Assembly (NCBI GenBank): GCA_964585855.1
Contig: CAZPFK010000005.1
Span: 1,807-65,806, forward strand
DNA: 64,000 nucleotides
Direction: 5' to 3'
Source: an uncultured Vicinamibacteraceae bacterium
Lineage (GTDB): Bacteria; Planctomycetota; Phycisphaerae; Phycisphaerales; UBA5793
The position numbers and the translations under genes were made by a program. Position 1 is the first letter of the stretch. Each line of letters starts with the position of its first letter. The notes beneath the pieces are model-generated. The model was given only the letters and a program-made list of their open reading frames with translations, did no database searches and had not been told where the DNA came from. Shown in pieces: positions 49,666-58,001 of the stretch.

Positions 49666-51249
49666 TCAGATCCCGCCCGCCGTCCCCGTCTCGCCGCGGC
49701 TCCGGCATCGCGCCACCACGATCGTGATGTCATCGGGCTGCTCGTTGAAGCCGAGGAATCGCCGCGCCTCCCAGTACACATGGTCCACGATCCCCTGAGC
49801 CGTCGCATCCGCGTGCTCGGCCAGGTACGTCCGCACCGCCTGCTGCGCTGCATCCTTTCCGAAGCGCCGGCCTTCGAAGTTCATCACGTCGGTCAGCCCA
49901 TCCGAGTACACGACCAGCACATCGTCGGGACGCAGATGGAAGATGCCCTTCTCATACCGTTCCGTCGGATCGATCCCCAGCGCCATCCCGCCCACATCAA
50001 GCGTCGAGGTCTCGATCGTGCCGCCGGGTGAACGACGGAAAATCCACGGCCGCTCATGTCCGGCATTGGCGTAGGTGAGCCGCGCGTGCATGGGATCGAA
50101 GACGCCGTACCACAGGGTTGCGAACTCCTCCTCAAGCGTGTCCTGAACGAGGGCGCGGTTGGTGCGCGCCATGACACCATCGAGGTCGTAGAGATCCAGC
50201 GCGTGTGCCCGCAGACTGGCCCGGACCGAGGCCATCAGCAGCGCTGCCGGGATGCCCTTGCCCACGACGTCGCCCAGCGCCAGGCCGACACTTTGGCCCA
50301 GTGCGATGAAGTCGAAGAAGTCGCCGCCCAGTTCACGTGAGGGCAGGTAGCGCGCTGCAAACTCGATCGTCGGTAAACTCGGCAATTTCTGCGGGAGCAT
50401 GCGCTTCTGCACATCAGTCGCCAGCCGCAACTGCCGCTTCATTTCCCGCTCCGCCCGACGCTCCTGTATCAGCCGGGCATTCACCACGGCGACCGCAATC
50501 TGCTGGGCCGCGAGGCGCAGCAGATCCCGCTCATGCGGGTCGAAGCGACGGACGCTGCGCGTAAAGAGCCGCATCACACCGACGGCCTTGCCTCGGAACA
50601 TGATGCCCGTACAGAGGAAACTCCGCAGCCGCTCGCTCTCGACAAGGTCGGGAAAGCGCACGCGATCGTCGGTGCGAAGATCCTCCACGTACACGACCTC
50701 GCCTGCGAGCGCTGCCTGGTCCAGTTCGCTGTCGGCGGCGAAGACGGGCCCGCGTTCCCGATAATCCTCCGAGAGGTTCATCCAGGCCGTCGGTACCAGG
50801 ACGCCCGTATTCTCATCCAGCAGACGGATTGATCCGGCGTCCACCTGCATGACCTGGATCACGACCCGCAGGGCGCACTCCAGGATCTCCTGCACCGATG
50901 CCAGTCCGGCCAGTGCCGCGGAGACGCGGTAGACGGCCGCGAGCTCCGAGACCCGGTGGATCAGCTCATCCTCTTCGGTAAGTATCGTGCCCAGGACGTC
51001 GGCGGCGAAATCCAGCCATCGCTGGAGGTCGGCTGTCGGTGTGGCGGCGGATTCCGGTCCCCGAAGCCAGCCGACGGTCCGCCCGCCGAGGCGAAAGGGA
51101 GAGCAGGGGGTCGATTCGGGGGAGGTGGGGCCCCAGTGGATACTCAACGGGGCATCGAGAAGGCCCGAAAGTGCGCGGACAAAGTCAAGGGCCCGTTCCT
51201 GCCCCGCAGGAGGCTGAGCGGGGTCGGCAGTCGTTGGTGGGATGGTCAT
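49666..51249 (-). CDS. GAF-domain SpoIIE/PP2C-family phosphatase (cytoplasmic).
   Basis: ATG at 51249. GAF-like VDAGSIRLLDENTGVLV...VYVEDLRTDDRV. PP2C strings GGDFFDFI...GLALGDVVGKGIPAALLM and VLVVYSDGLTD. Confidence 0.85.
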   Translation of the reverse strand: MTIPPTTADPAQPPAGQERALDFVRALSGLLDAPLSIHWGPTSPESTPCSPFRLGGRTVGWLRGPESAATPTADLQRWLDFAADVLGTILTEEDELIHRVSELAAVYRVSAALAGLASVQEILECALRVVIQVMQVDAGSIRLLDENTGVLVPTAWMNLSEDYRERGPVFAADSELDQAALAGEVVYVEDLRTDDRVRFPDLVESERLRSFLCTGIMFRGKAVGVMRLFTRSVRRFDPHERDLLRLAAQQIAVAVVNARLIQERRAEREMKRQLRLATDVQKRMLPQKLPSLPTIEFAARYLPSRELGGDFFDFIALGQSVGLALGDVVGKGIPAALLMASVRASLRAHALDLYDLDGVMARTNRALVQDTLEEEFATLWYGVFDPMHARLTYANAGHERPWIFRRSPGGTIETSTLDVGGMALGIDPTERYEKGIFHLRPDDVLVVYSDGLTDVMNFEGRRFGKDAAQQAVRTYLAEHADATAQGIVDHVYWEARRFLGFNEQPDDITIVVARCRSRGETGTAGGI

Positions 51250-51547
51250 CGGGTGGCTGGAAGTCAGGGTATCCGGCGGCCTCGGAGCGTCAACGTGTGC
51301 GCAATTCTCAAGAGCGCACGGGGCCCGGTCCGGACGACATCGGCCTAGAATGGCGGCCCGTCTTGCCGCGGGGGTCGTGTTCCCGGCCGGGATCGCCGAT
51401 GGAGGGTCATGGCGGCCCCCGAATCTGGCCGATTCGACAGAACAGATTCGTTCGTCTCTGCGGACATCGGAGCCCCCGCACAATTCGACATCTCAGTCTC
51501 ACTCCCGTCTCCGCATAAAACCGGAGGCGACTTCAGGAAATCGCACG

Positions 51548-52894
51548 ATGCGCCTTACGATGGTTGGAACCGGATACGTCGGGCTGGTGACCGGAACGTG
51601 CTTTGCCAACACCGGCAACAAGGTCACCTGCCTCGACATCGACCAGAAGAAAGTCGACATGCTTCGCCGGGGCGAAGTGCCCATCTACGAGCCGGGACTG
51701 GATGAACTGATCAAGCGCAACGTGGCAGCCGGCCGGCTGAAGTTCACGACCGACAAGCGCGAGGCGTACACGGATGCGGAAATGATTTTCGTCTGCGTCG
51801 GCACGCCCTCTGATGAGGCGGGTCATGCTGATCTCCGCTACATCAAGGCGGCGGCGGAGGACATCGCAGAGGTCATTGATTCGCTGGGGCCGGACCAGAA
51901 GCCGAAGGTGGTGGTTGTGAAGTCGACGGTTCCGGTTGGGACGACGTGCATGGTGCGCGACATCATCCGCTCGAAGACCGACTGCCCGTTCCACATCGCC
52001 AACAATCCGGAGTTTCTCAAGGAGGGTGCGGCGCTCAACGACTTCAACAAGCCCGATCGCGTGGTCTGCGGCGTGGAGGATCCGGGAGTCGGCGAGTTGA
52101 TGCGCGACCTGTACGACCCCTTTGTCCGCCAGGGCAATCCGGTCTACATCTTCGACATTCCCAGCAGCGAAATGGTCAAGTACGCCAGCAATGCGATGCT
52201 GGCGACGAAGATCTCCTTCATCAACGAGATCGCCAATCTTTGCGAGCACTACGGCGCCAACGTCAGCCGCGTCCGCGAGGGTATGTGCGCTGACAGTCGC
52301 ATCGGCAACCAGTTCCTCTACCCGGGGCTGGGCTATGGCGGCTCCTGCTTCCCCAAGGACACGCTGGCCTGCATCGCCATGGGTGAGACGGTCGGCTTCC
52401 CCACGCCGCTTCTTCAGGCCGTGCACGATGTGAATCAGAATCAGCGCGAACTCTTCCTCCAGAAGATTCTCGCCGAGATGGGCGAGAACCTCACGGGCAC
52501 GACGATCGCCGTCTGGGGTCTTGCCTTCAAGCCCCGCACCGATGACATCCGCGAAGCGCCGGCGATTGATCTTGTCAAGGGGCTGGCGGCCCGCGGCGCC
52601 GCCATCCGCGCCTACGACCGCGTCGCCCTCGGAAACGCCAAGGCCCTGCTCAAGGGGATGTTCACGCCTGCCGAGGACATGTACGACGCCCTGCGCGGCG
52701 CCGATGCGCTGGTCATCTGCACCGACTGGGATGAGTTCAAGAATCCCGATTTCGAGCAGATGAAGTCGCTGATGAAGCAGCCGATCATCTTCGACGGCCG
52801 CAACCTCTACCGTCGCCCCCACCTCGCCGAAATGGGTTTCACCTACATCTCAATCGGTCGCAAGACGGTGCGCCCGGGCGTGCCCGTGGCGTGA
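51548..52894 (+). CDS. ugd: UDP-glucose 6-dehydrogenase.
   Basis: MRLTMVGTGYVGLVTGTCFA, NPEFLKEGAA, GGSCFPKD and LAFKPRTDDIREAP. Confidence 0.92.
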   Translation: MRLTMVGTGYVGLVTGTCFANTGNKVTCLDIDQKKVDMLRRGEVPIYEPGLDELIKRNVAAGRLKFTTDKREAYTDAEMIFVCVGTPSDEAGHADLRYIKAAAEDIAEVIDSLGPDQKPKVVVVKSTVPVGTTCMVRDIIRSKTDCPFHIANNPEFLKEGAALNDFNKPDRVVCGVEDPGVGELMRDLYDPFVRQGNPVYIFDIPSSEMVKYASNAMLATKISFINEIANLCEHYGANVSRVREGMCADSRIGNQFLYPGLGYGGSCFPKDTLACIAMGETVGFPTPLLQAVHDVNQNQRELFLQKILAEMGENLTGTTIAVWGLAFKPRTDDIREAPAIDLVKGLAARGAAIRAYDRVALGNAKALLKGMFTPAEDMYDALRGADALVICTDWDEFKNPDFEQMKSLMKQPIIFDGRNLYRRPHLAEMGFTYISIGRKTVRPGVPVA

Positions 52895-52942
52895 AGCGGG
52901 GGGCTTGGCCTGCAGAACCGGCCTCGACTATACTCGGCCCCT

Positions 52943-53326
52943 ATGAAAGCCGCCCCACTTCTGCTCGCCGCGCTCATCCTTGCGTTCACGATCACCCGTT
53001 CTGTTGCGGCCGGGCCGATGCCTGCTGCGGTGTCAGCGCTCGGTGTCGTCGCCGTGGCCGCGCCGGAGCCGCATGGGGATGAGGAGCACGGCGATCATCA
53101 CGGCGACAACTCCCGGGCTGAGGCGCTGGCCGTCAGCGAGCCGCCTCCGTGGTACGGCAAGGTCGTCACCGGCTTTCTCGTGCTTTTCCTGCTGGCTGTC
53201 TTCGTCGGCTCCGCGGCCATCATCGTCCGAGGCCCTGAGCCGCCCGATCCTGCCGACGATCACGGACACGGGCATGGCGACGGCCACGGCCATGGGCACG
53301 GGCACGGGCACGACCATCATCACTGA
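52943..53326 (+). CDS. Small bitopic histidine-rich protein (candidate metal-binding).
   Basis: Signal/anchor MKAAPLLLAALILAFTI, His-rich EPHGDEEHGDHHGD, a TM segment VVTGFLVLFLLAVFVGSAAII, and a tail DDHGHGHGDGHGHGHGHGHDHHH. Confidence 0.6.
   Translation: MKAAPLLLAALILAFTITRSVAAGPMPAAVSALGVVAVAAPEPHGDEEHGDHHGDNSRAEALAVSEPPPWYGKVVTGFLVLFLLAVFVGSAAIIVRGPEPPDPADDHGHGHGDGHGHGHGHGHDHHH
53255..53323 (+). repeat. Coding His-Gly/His-Asp dipeptide repeat.
   Basis: gac gat cac gga cac ggg cat ggc gac ggc cac ggc cat ggg cac ggg cac ggg cac gac cat cat cac. Confidence 0.8.
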
Positions 53327-53349
53327 TTTCCAGGCTGCGGGGATTCGCC

Positions 53350-54141
53350 GTGAGCGTGAGCCCGACGCCGCCTCTCTCAGTCGTACACGAGGGTGACAAC
53401 CTCGAGTTTCTGCGGTCGCTCCCCGACGACTCGGTTGACCTCTTCTACGCCGATCCGCCCTTCAACACCGGGCGGACGCGCCGCGATGCGGCCGGCGCCT
53501 ATCGCGACGGCTGGCCGGAGATGGCCGACTACATCGCCTTTCTGCGACCTCGGCTTGCGGAGATGCACCGGGCGCTGCGGGAGACCGGGTCGATCCTGCT
53601 GCACTGCGACTGGCGCAGCAGTCACCACCTGCGTCTGCTGCTTGATGAAATCTTCGGGCCGGAGCGCTTCATCAATCACCTGATCTGGGCCTACGGCCTC
53701 GGCGGCTCCAGCCCGCGACGCTTTGCGCGCAAGCACGATGACATCTTCTTCTACGGCAAGTCGTCGAAATACTGGTTCCAGGCGCCGCAGGTGCCGGCCC
53801 GGAGCGTGCGACTGCGCGGGCAGTCGAAGAAGGCGACCGATGTGCTGGAGGTCCCGAGTCTGAACAACATGGCGCTGGAGCGGACCGGCTACCCGACGCA
53901 GAAGCCGCTGGCCCTGCTGACGCTGTTGGTCGAGGCGTGTTCGCCTCCCGGAGGCGTAGTTGCAGATGTCTTCTGCGGCAGCGGAACAACGCTCGTTGCC
54001 GCCGCTCGGCTCGGCCGCTCCTGGATCGGCTGCGATTGTTCGCCGCAGGCCGTGGAGATTACGCGTCGGCGGCTCAGCGCCAGCGAAGATCAACGACGAC
54101 CGGAAGGTGATCCGACGCCTGGGCGCAATCGTCGCCGTTGA
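53350..54141 (+). CDS. Beta-class (motif IV before motif I) N6-adenine or N4-cytosine DNA methyltransferase.
   Basis: Motif IV LFYADPPFNTGR precedes the AdoMet motif VADVFCGSGTTLVAAARLGR. GTG start. Confidence 0.85.
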   Translation: MSVSPTPPLSVVHEGDNLEFLRSLPDDSVDLFYADPPFNTGRTRRDAAGAYRDGWPEMADYIAFLRPRLAEMHRALRETGSILLHCDWRSSHHLRLLLDEIFGPERFINHLIWAYGLGGSSPRRFARKHDDIFFYGKSSKYWFQAPQVPARSVRLRGQSKKATDVLEVPSLNNMALERTGYPTQKPLALLTLLVEACSPPGGVVADVFCGSGTTLVAAARLGRSWIGCDCSPQAVEITRRRLSASEDQRRPEGDPTPGRNRRR

Positions 54142-55708
54142 GGCCCAGCGCTTCGCAGGTCTCGGCGGCAAGCCCTTCCGTATCGAAGATGAAGGTGTCG
54201 ATGACCTCCAGCGAGGAGTCCGAGACCAGCGCGACATCCAGCCGGCCCGGCAGGAATGCAGCGCCGGGGCTTCGCCAGGTTGTGGCGTCGCCGGCATCGG
54301 TAAGGCGCAGGGGCAGGAGTTCCTGCAGGTCGGAGGAGTCGAGGTCGTTGTCGTCCATGAGGAAGTCAACGGGCGTGCGCGTGCCGACGATGTTGAAGTC
54401 GCCGACGATGACAAGGCCGCGCGGCATGGCGTCGTAGCGGGCCTCGCGCATGGCGCGGTAAATGGCTTTGGCCTCGTCGAGTCGACGCTGATCCTCAGGG
54501 CCACCGATGCGTCCGCAGCATTTGAGGTGCAGACTCCAGACCAGCAGACGGCGATCCTGCACGGCGGTGATCAGCGAGGTGGCGCGCACGGGGCGCTCAT
54601 CACCTTCGATGACGACGTGTTCCTCTCCAGGCATGACGCCCGCCGTCCGCGTGGCGACGCCTGTACCGGTTCCCGAGGCGACTTCGACGGTCCAGCCGTG
54701 CGGAATCGGCACGTGCGTGTCCAGCCAGTCGGCCAGACCCGCCGAGGTTGTCTCGAAGCCCAGTTCCTGGAAGGCGATCACATCGGGCCGCAGGGCGTTG
54801 AGGATGCGGACGAAGGGCTCCGGCCTCTCGAAGAGGGAGCCGCGCTCGGCGTTCCAGGAGACAAGGCGGATGGTCCCGCGCGCCCGGTTGGCGATGCGGG
54901 AGCGGGCGTCCTGCGGTTTGTCGTCGCGGGCCGAGTGTTCAATGACGGTGACGACGGGAATGTCGGGCGTCTGATCGGCGACGAGGCCGTCGGCGTCGGT
55001 GACAACGGCTCGAAGCGTGTACGTGGGACCCTGGAAGGCGTGGACAGTGGAATCGGTGAGGAGTTCGCCGCGCGGCAGACGGAGTTCGAAGTTCAGCCCC
55101 GCCGATGTCGGAGCGCAGAGTACCGAGGCGTCGTAGGCGTCGATGGGATGGGCGATGATCCGGGACTCATGGATGGCGGCGTCAACGCCCTGGAAGCGTC
55201 CCTCGCCGCGCCGGGGGGAGAAGCGCACTTCCAGATCGGCTCCCGGGAGGATGGTGGGGGCAATGTCGCCGGCGCCGGTCATGGAGTTGCCGTCGACGTT
55301 GAACTGCAGGGTCAGCGTGCCGTCAAGCGCCTGAAGGTTCACCGGCCGGTCTACGCCGATCATCAGGTAAATCCAGTCGGCATCGTGCGCTGCGGAGAGA
55401 CTGATGATGCGCGGCGTGTATGGAACGGCCGACTCCAGCGGGCCGGGATCGGTGAAGTACCACGGGATGAGCGCGAGGTCGGCCGGACGGAGGATCATCG
55501 CGCCGTCCCAGTCCTCGAAGCGCCCGTCGATGGTGATTGAGCGCGGCTCGCTGTTGAGCACGGCGCGGCGGGCGACCGCGGTCTGCGGCGTCTCGGCGGT
55601 GGCCGTCTGTGCCGACGCCGTCGGCAGGGCCGTCAGCAGCAGTGCGGCCAGGGTCAGCAGGGGACGGGTCCACAGCGCTGCGCTGCAGCGGGGCGAAGTT
55701 CGAAACAT
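54074..55708 (-). CDS. Secreted protein with a C-terminal endonuclease/exonuclease/phosphatase (EEP) domain.
   Basis: Signal peptide ending LPTASAQT. EEP strings IRLVSWNAERG, IAFQELG, VIVGDFNIV and ASDHLPVVVDL. The 3' end overlaps the methyltransferase gene by 68 nt. Confidence 0.8.
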   Translation of the reverse strand: MFRTSPRCSAALWTRPLLTLAALLLTALPTASAQTATAETPQTAVARRAVLNSEPRSITIDGRFEDWDGAMILRPADLALIPWYFTDPGPLESAVPYTPRIISLSAAHDADWIYLMIGVDRPVNLQALDGTLTLQFNVDGNSMTGAGDIAPTILPGADLEVRFSPRRGEGRFQGVDAAIHESRIIAHPIDAYDASVLCAPTSAGLNFELRLPRGELLTDSTVHAFQGPTYTLRAVVTDADGLVADQTPDIPVVTVIEHSARDDKPQDARSRIANRARGTIRLVSWNAERGSLFERPEPFVRILNALRPDVIAFQELGFETTSAGLADWLDTHVPIPHGWTVEVASGTGTGVATRTAGVMPGEEHVVIEGDERPVRATSLITAVQDRRLLVWSLHLKCCGRIGGPEDQRRLDEAKAIYRAMREARYDAMPRGLVIVGDFNIVGTRTPVDFLMDDNDLDSSDLQELLPLRLTDAGDATTWRSPGAAFLPGRLDVALVSDSSLEVIDTFIFDTEGLAAETCEALGLNGDDCAQASDHLPVVVDLRWR

Positions 55709-55846
55709 CTCGGCTCTCCACGGATGTCAGGAACGGGTCATCCACTCCGGACGCCCCCGGATCGGGCGTCGGGCTCAGGCAGTCAGCGAATGCAGAGCGC
55801 CTGAGCGACCGCATTCTAGTCGCGCTTCGAAGTCGGACCGGGGGTC

Positions 55847-56578
55847 TTACGAGTTCAGGCCGGGAGAAAGGATTTCGTTCTGCCAGATCTGGCCGCGACG
55901 GATCTTGTTGGAGACGCCGCGCGGAATGGGCAGGTGAAGGATGGCGGGGTCCTTGAGCTCCAGTTCGCCGGAGAGTTCGTGGGAGCCGGTTCGAAAATTT
56001 GTTCCCCAGTCCACATGGAAGGTACCGCAGGGGATGCCCCGGTGAGAGCGGAGCTTGTCGCCGCGATTGTGCGGGTAGTTGACGGCGGCGCAAAGCCGGA
56101 CGTCGATGACCTGGCCGGCGAGCTTGGGATGGACGGCGATGGGTTGCTTGAGGACACCGACGGCTCCGCCCGGACAGGTGAAGGCGAAGTGGATGTCGCG
56201 TGCGCCGGGCTGGTGCATGATGGCGTTTTCGGGCGGGCGCAGGTGGACGATGGCGTTGCACTCGCCCTCGTAGCGGTTTTCGTAGTAGAGGTGGACGAAG
56301 GCCTGCTCACCGTCCTTGCGGATCACCGGCATGATGCAAAGCCCGTCGCGCTCGTAGTAGATGCCGCTGGTGTACTTGGCGAGTGTGTCGGGCAGTTTGT
56401 CTTCGTAGAGGAGGGCCCAGAAGAGAAATGCGCCGCAAACAATCATGCCCGGTAGGGCCACCCAGCGCTGGGCGTTGAGATAGCCCGTATCCGGCGATGC
56501 CATCAGCCAGGCCCAGAAGGTCCACGCAAAGAGGAGGAAGAGGGCGAGAACGAGCAGGGCGTTTCGCGTTTCACGCAT
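55847..56578 (-). CDS. Membrane-anchored hypothetical protein (2 TM segments plus a soluble domain).
   Basis: ATG at 56578 with GGAG 9 nt upstream. ALLVLALFLLFAWTFWAWL and ALPGMIVCGAFLFWALL. Confidence 0.6.
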   Translation of the reverse strand: MRETRNALLVLALFLLFAWTFWAWLMASPDTGYLNAQRWVALPGMIVCGAFLFWALLYEDKLPDTLAKYTSGIYYERDGLCIMPVIRKDGEQAFVHLYYENRYEGECNAIVHLRPPENAIMHQPGARDIHFAFTCPGGAVGVLKQPIAVHPKLAGQVIDVRLCAAVNYPHNRGDKLRSHRGIPCGTFHVDWGTNFRTGSHELSGELELKDPAILHLPIPRGVSNKIRRGQIWQNEILSPGLNS

Positions 56579-57096
56579 GTGGGTCGTCTCCTGCGCCGGC
56601 GGGCTGCGGCGTATCGGTGGGGTTCCCCTCTTCGGTTGCCAGTCACTTGACAGCTTTAACATACCGGATGGATGTCGATTTGGGAAGTGTGCAGGTTCCC
56701 TATTCTCACAGATCACTTTCGCGAGATTGCGGAAGCCGCGGCGGCCAACCAAAGGAGCGGCAGGGGTTTGACCTGCCGCAACCCGCTTGGGGATCGGTGG
56801 TTATGGTGAATCGCGCCTGCACAGGCTGGAAGGGCAGTGACGGTGTCCGGGAAGTCTGGGCGGACTTTTGCACGATTTTCCCGACTCCCTGAAACCGTTA
56901 ATCCGGATGGGGCGTATGTCCTCCCCTGCGACGTATTCCCGGCATGCCGGGGGGCGGCGCGGGTCAACGGCCTGAAGGGCCGCTGACTGACAATGCAGCG
57001 CAAGGCCGGATGCCCGCCGCGATTGGTCCCTGGTATCCCCACGAGTACCAGGAAGTGCCGATTCGGCATCTCTCATGAACCCTGGCATCCGGTATT

Positions 57097-57137
57097 GATT
57101 GGCTCGGTTAGCCACGGACCGAGCCAATCGTTTTTTT
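57097..57137 (+). terminator. Strong rho-independent terminator on the + strand with no upstream + strand gene.
   Basis: Perfect 12-bp stem GATTGGCTCGGT (57097-57108) / ACCGAGCCAATC (57118-57129), a 9-nt loop, then TTTTTTT (57131-57137). Confidence 0.85.
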
Positions 57138-57151
57138 CTCCCTCACCGTTT

Positions 57152-57835
57152 TCAGCCGACGACCGGCCGGTCGATGACCATGACCTCATCGAGCGGCTTG
57201 CGTGTGATGGCCGGAACCATGCAGCCCTCCGCCGGGTAGCCGACAGGGATGAGCAGGTAGGGACGTTCATGCGCCGGTCGGCGCAGGATTTGTGCAAGGA
57301 ACTTCATCGGACTTGGCGTGTGCGTCAGAGTTGCGAGGCCGGCATGGTGTGCGGCGGCCAGCAGCAGGCCGACGGCGATGCCGACGGACTCATCGACGTA
57401 GTAGACCTGCCCGCCCTGATCAGTTCGGACGAGCTTGAAGACGACGATGAGCCAGGGAGCAATTTCCAGGAAGGGCTTGTGCTCATCCGTACCGAGCGGG
57501 TGCAGATCGGCCAGCCAACGCTCTGACGCTCGGCGTGTGTAGAACTCGCGCTCCTCGGCTTCGGCCGCCTCACGGATCTCCCGCTTGATCGCCGCATCCC
57601 GGACGGCGACAAAGCGCCAGGGCTGGATGTTGGCGCCGGAGGGGGCGGTGGCGGCGGCGGCGATGATGGTGCGGATCAGTTCCTCGGGTACATCACGGTC
57701 AGAGAAGTCGCGGACGGAGCGGCGTTGCGCCATGATCGTGCGGAAGCCCTCCACGGCGGCCAGCGGATCGCCGGGCGGGAGATAGGGCCGCAGCGGAGCC
57801 ATGACCGGCGGCTTGGGGTGATCGGGGGCGGCCAT
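57152..57835 (-). CDS. Nitroreductase-superfamily flavoprotein (iodotyrosine-deiodinase-like subgroup by motif resemblance).
   Basis: RRSVRDFSDRDVPEELIRTIIAAAATAPSGANIQPWRFVAV and PWLIVVF. Confidence 0.85.
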   Translation of the reverse strand: MAAPDHPKPPVMAPLRPYLPPGDPLAAVEGFRTIMAQRRSVRDFSDRDVPEELIRTIIAAAATAPSGANIQPWRFVAVRDAAIKREIREAAEAEEREFYTRRASERWLADLHPLGTDEHKPFLEIAPWLIVVFKLVRTDQGGQVYYVDESVGIAVGLLLAAAHHAGLATLTHTPSPMKFLAQILRRPAHERPYLLIPVGYPAEGCMVPAITRKPLDEVMVIDRPVVG

Positions 57836-58001
57836 GGGGTTCTCCTGGGGGCCGGGGCGGGCTCGTGATTTTTTTCACAGATTCCGGCGGATCGGTGCGG
57901 AATGGTCTTTTTCGCATCAATATACTTCCGCCACAACGCTCTACCGACCACAGGCCCGCTCTGCATTTCGGGCCGCGGATGGCTTGCGCAGGAGAGGCTC
58001 C

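Noticed and set aside
53350-54141. The methyltransferase as part of a restriction-modification or other defence system.
   Set aside because: No endonuclease, specificity subunit, helicase or other defence-associated gene is adjacent. The neighbouring EEP protein has a secretion signal.
56760-56900. Cobalamin-riboswitch-like fragments, and a TPP-like CCCTGAAACCGTTAATCCGG string.
   Set aside because: Only partial strings match. The order of elements does not fit the consensus on either strand. The B12-box-like element is just a symmetric hairpin. No B12- or thiamine-related gene lies downstream. I therefore report it only as an unknown structured region.
57010-57078. A 22-codon ATG ORF (MPAAIGPWYPHEYQEVPIRHLS) ending 19 nt before the orphan terminator.
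   Set aside because: It has only a weak AAGG upstream and no other support. It is too short to distinguish from chance in this sequence. I mention it as one possible explanation in the finding, not as a feature.
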